Both the position numbers and the translations under genes were made by a program. From the NCBI GenBank assembly GCA_951406725.2, contig OX597824.1, positions 62,000,001 to 62,064,000 of the forward strand: 64,000 bases of DNA, given 5' to 3'. Below the pieces are notes generated by a model. The model was given only the letters and a program-made list of their open reading frames with translations, made no database searches and was not told the DNA's origin. Position 1 is the first letter of the stretch, and each line of letters begins with the position of its first letter. Positions 61,692-64,000 of the stretch are shown here, piece after piece. Source of the DNA: Octopus vulgaris. Lineage: Eukaryota.

Positions 61692-61841
61692 TTTACGTTC
61701 TGAGTTCAAATTCCAGAGAGGTCGGCTTTGCCTTTCATCCTTTCGAGGTCAATAAATTAAGTACCAGCTGCATACTAGGGTAGATCTAATCGACTGGCCC
61801 CCTCCCCTAAAATTTCAGGCCTTGTGCCTAGAGTAGAAAAG
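61692..61841 (+). mobile_element. SINE family B, 5'-truncated, relatively well conserved
   Basis: TTTACGTTCTGAGTTCAAATTCCAGAGAGGTCGGCTTTGCCTTTCATCCTTTCG...AAGTACCAG...AATTTCAGGCCTTGTGCC. Confidence 0.8.
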
Positions 61842-62906
61842 ATTTTTTATTGGACAGTAAGTAATCAAAGCAGCAAAAAAAAAATTAAATAAACAGTAAA
61901 TATATTATCCTCTGAAAGTAATGTCTATAAACGAGGAATATCATCTTCAACATCCTATTTCATCCTGTAAATAATTTAAGGTTGTGGTGCTGGTGGTTTA
62001 ACTTATAGTTCAGAGATCGATTCTTGTTCCAGGATAACCTATCCGTGAAAATTTAAGCAATTGTTTAATGTACCTCGCATAGATATCACTCATACCAGTC
62101 AGTACCACGGGCGCTGGCTTATTATAAATACTACGGAATCCTCAGTACAGTGGTTTATCGTAGATATTACTGATGAACATATAGCTGATTATGTGCCACC
62201 GTACTCACCGTCATTAAAACTAGTAGTTGTTCTATATTTTAAGAAGAGATAAAACATGGGAAGGAACAGTATTTCCCCTATATTTTCTCCACTACTGGTG
62301 ACAAATATCTCTTTGAAATAGTACACTCGGATTTCCTCAGCATTTGAAAGATGCAAAAGAAACGACGCATCAAAGCTGAAGTTAAAGTTGGGCGACGACG
62401 GCTCACCTACAAAAGTTGCTTTCTCTCAGTACCCACATATTCTCTCTCCACTTCTCCGTCTCTCGGAAAAATGTTTTTTGTTAACGACACAACAAACGTG
62501 CTTCTACATAGTATTTGAAGCTGCTAGAAATAAAAGAGAAGTCTCCCATTATAATATTCTACAGTTTGAATAAGAAGTAGCCTAGATTTCATACTTTTGG
62601 CCATTTATTTATTCGAGTGGATTGAAGCAAAAGAACAACAGGTTGTATCACTCAAGAGGTGATTAAATAAATCGCTGTGTACTTTGTAACTGTACAAATA
62701 ATACGGCAATTTGAATTTGGAACCCATTATAAATTGCATAACCTTTCTGGTATGAGTGAAAAATATGCGAGGTACATTAAATGATTTGATAATGAATGAC
62801 GAAGCCCAAATTTGACTCTAAGTACAATATTATTCTAAGTAACAATACACATTCACACCTCCCAAACTATGATCAATATATAATTATAAAAACAAAAAAC
62901 TAAAGA

Positions 62907-63117
62907 GAGGGGCGAGAAAGCAGAATCAATAACACGTCGGATAAAATACTTAGCGGCATGTCGTTCGCCTTTACGATCTGAGTTCAAATTCCACGAAGGT
63001 CGACTTTGCTTGTCGTTCTCTCGTCGTCGATAAAATAAGTACGAACTGAGCTCTAGAGACGGAAGAAAATGACCTGTATAGTGTCCAGAAATTGCCGTGC
63101 AGAAATTGGAAACCAAT
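62907..63117 (+). mobile_element. tRNA-derived SINE family B
   Basis: GGGGCGAGAAAGCAGAATC...CTTAGCGGCAT...GAGTTCAAATTCCACGAAGGTCGACTTTGC...GAAACCAAT. Confidence 0.75.
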
Positions 63118-63445
63118 ATCAAATGACAAAATAAATAAATGAATATTCATTACTAAGAAAATAAATCCAATGCGGAAACATTTTTTTCATACTATTTTAG
63201 CTGGACAACGATGAAATATGACAGTTATATGCATTATTGATTCAAACAAAATACGTTTACACTTGATGTATTATACTGATATACACAATAATATTAAATA
63301 ATCGACCGGCATTTATAGCATGTGCTTTTATCTTATTATCTGTTTTAACTATAGGATTGCAGATAAAGAAAACATGTCACTTGTTTTCATAATCCAGTCT
63401 ATAAACAATATTCTTTAAACACATACATACATACATACATACATA

Positions 63446-63484
<39 letters not shown>

Positions 63485-64000
63485 CAAATATATAAAAAAC
63501 ACCAATCAAATTTGATTCTGTTTCGCTGTCATTTTTTGACAGTCCAATAAGATTTTCCTCTTCCTCTATGTCATTCTATTTATATTATTTCCTTGAAATC
63601 GTAAACAAACACAAAGACACACTAATAACTTGAACGTATTGGAAATATTTGTAAGAATATTTTCTTTCTATTAGAAGAGTATTCATACTTTAATAATAAG
63701 GAAGAAATATTAACAGACCACTAAAACAAAATTTTCATGATTATTTTTTCCAGTTTGTTCTTATTAAACATCGCAATCACTGTTCAAAAGTAGTAGTATG
63801 GTTCGAACTGAACTGTGAATGGTTCACAGAATTTCTGAGACCAGCATTCCCAACGGTGTAGTCGAAAATCTACTGAGAAGAGGTATCACAAAAACATTCG
63901 TTGGAAGGGCGTTGGATTTTCGGTATGCGTCATGTTACACCCTTCACCAAAAAAAATATGAAAGGCCGGTTTCATCAGCGAGACGCCTATTTTAAATCGA

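Noticed and set aside
63700-64000. Possible transposon 5' end at the window edge
   Set aside because: No convincing TIR or transposase motif visible; truncated by the window.

Overview
AT-rich, microsatellite-dense eukaryotic (animal) DNA; the SINE families suggest a cephalopod/octopus-like genome (inference). I see no recognisable host protein-coding gene, so this reads as intergenic or intronic sequence. The dominant feature is a ~23.7 kb head-to-tail array (19067-42752) of 25 3'-end copies of an R4/Dong-clade non-LTR retrotransposon (CCHC zinc knuckle + restriction-like endonuclease, no RT) separated by (AAT)n or (AAT)n(GAT)n tracts. Twenty-three copies share one 5' truncation point, they alternate as A/B dimers, and an 8-unit ~7.7 kb block is duplicated, so it behaves like a retrotransposon-derived satellite with higher-order structure. 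Several B copies keep an open zinc-knuckle-endonuclease ORF with in-frame ATGs supplied by the (GAT)n spacer. Just upstream lies a same-strand stack of fragments from about four R4/Dong subfamilies, each tailed by (AAT)n. Elsewhere: two palindromes carrying Penelope-type minimal hammerhead ribozyme motifs, a perfect 128-bp (TA)n-centred palindrome, a hAT deletion derivative with TIRs and an 8-bp TSD, decayed Tc1, mariner, RTE and CR1-like fragments, many tRNA-derived SINEs, and one candidate 9-nt microexon. Coordinates were read by eye and may be off by a few bases.
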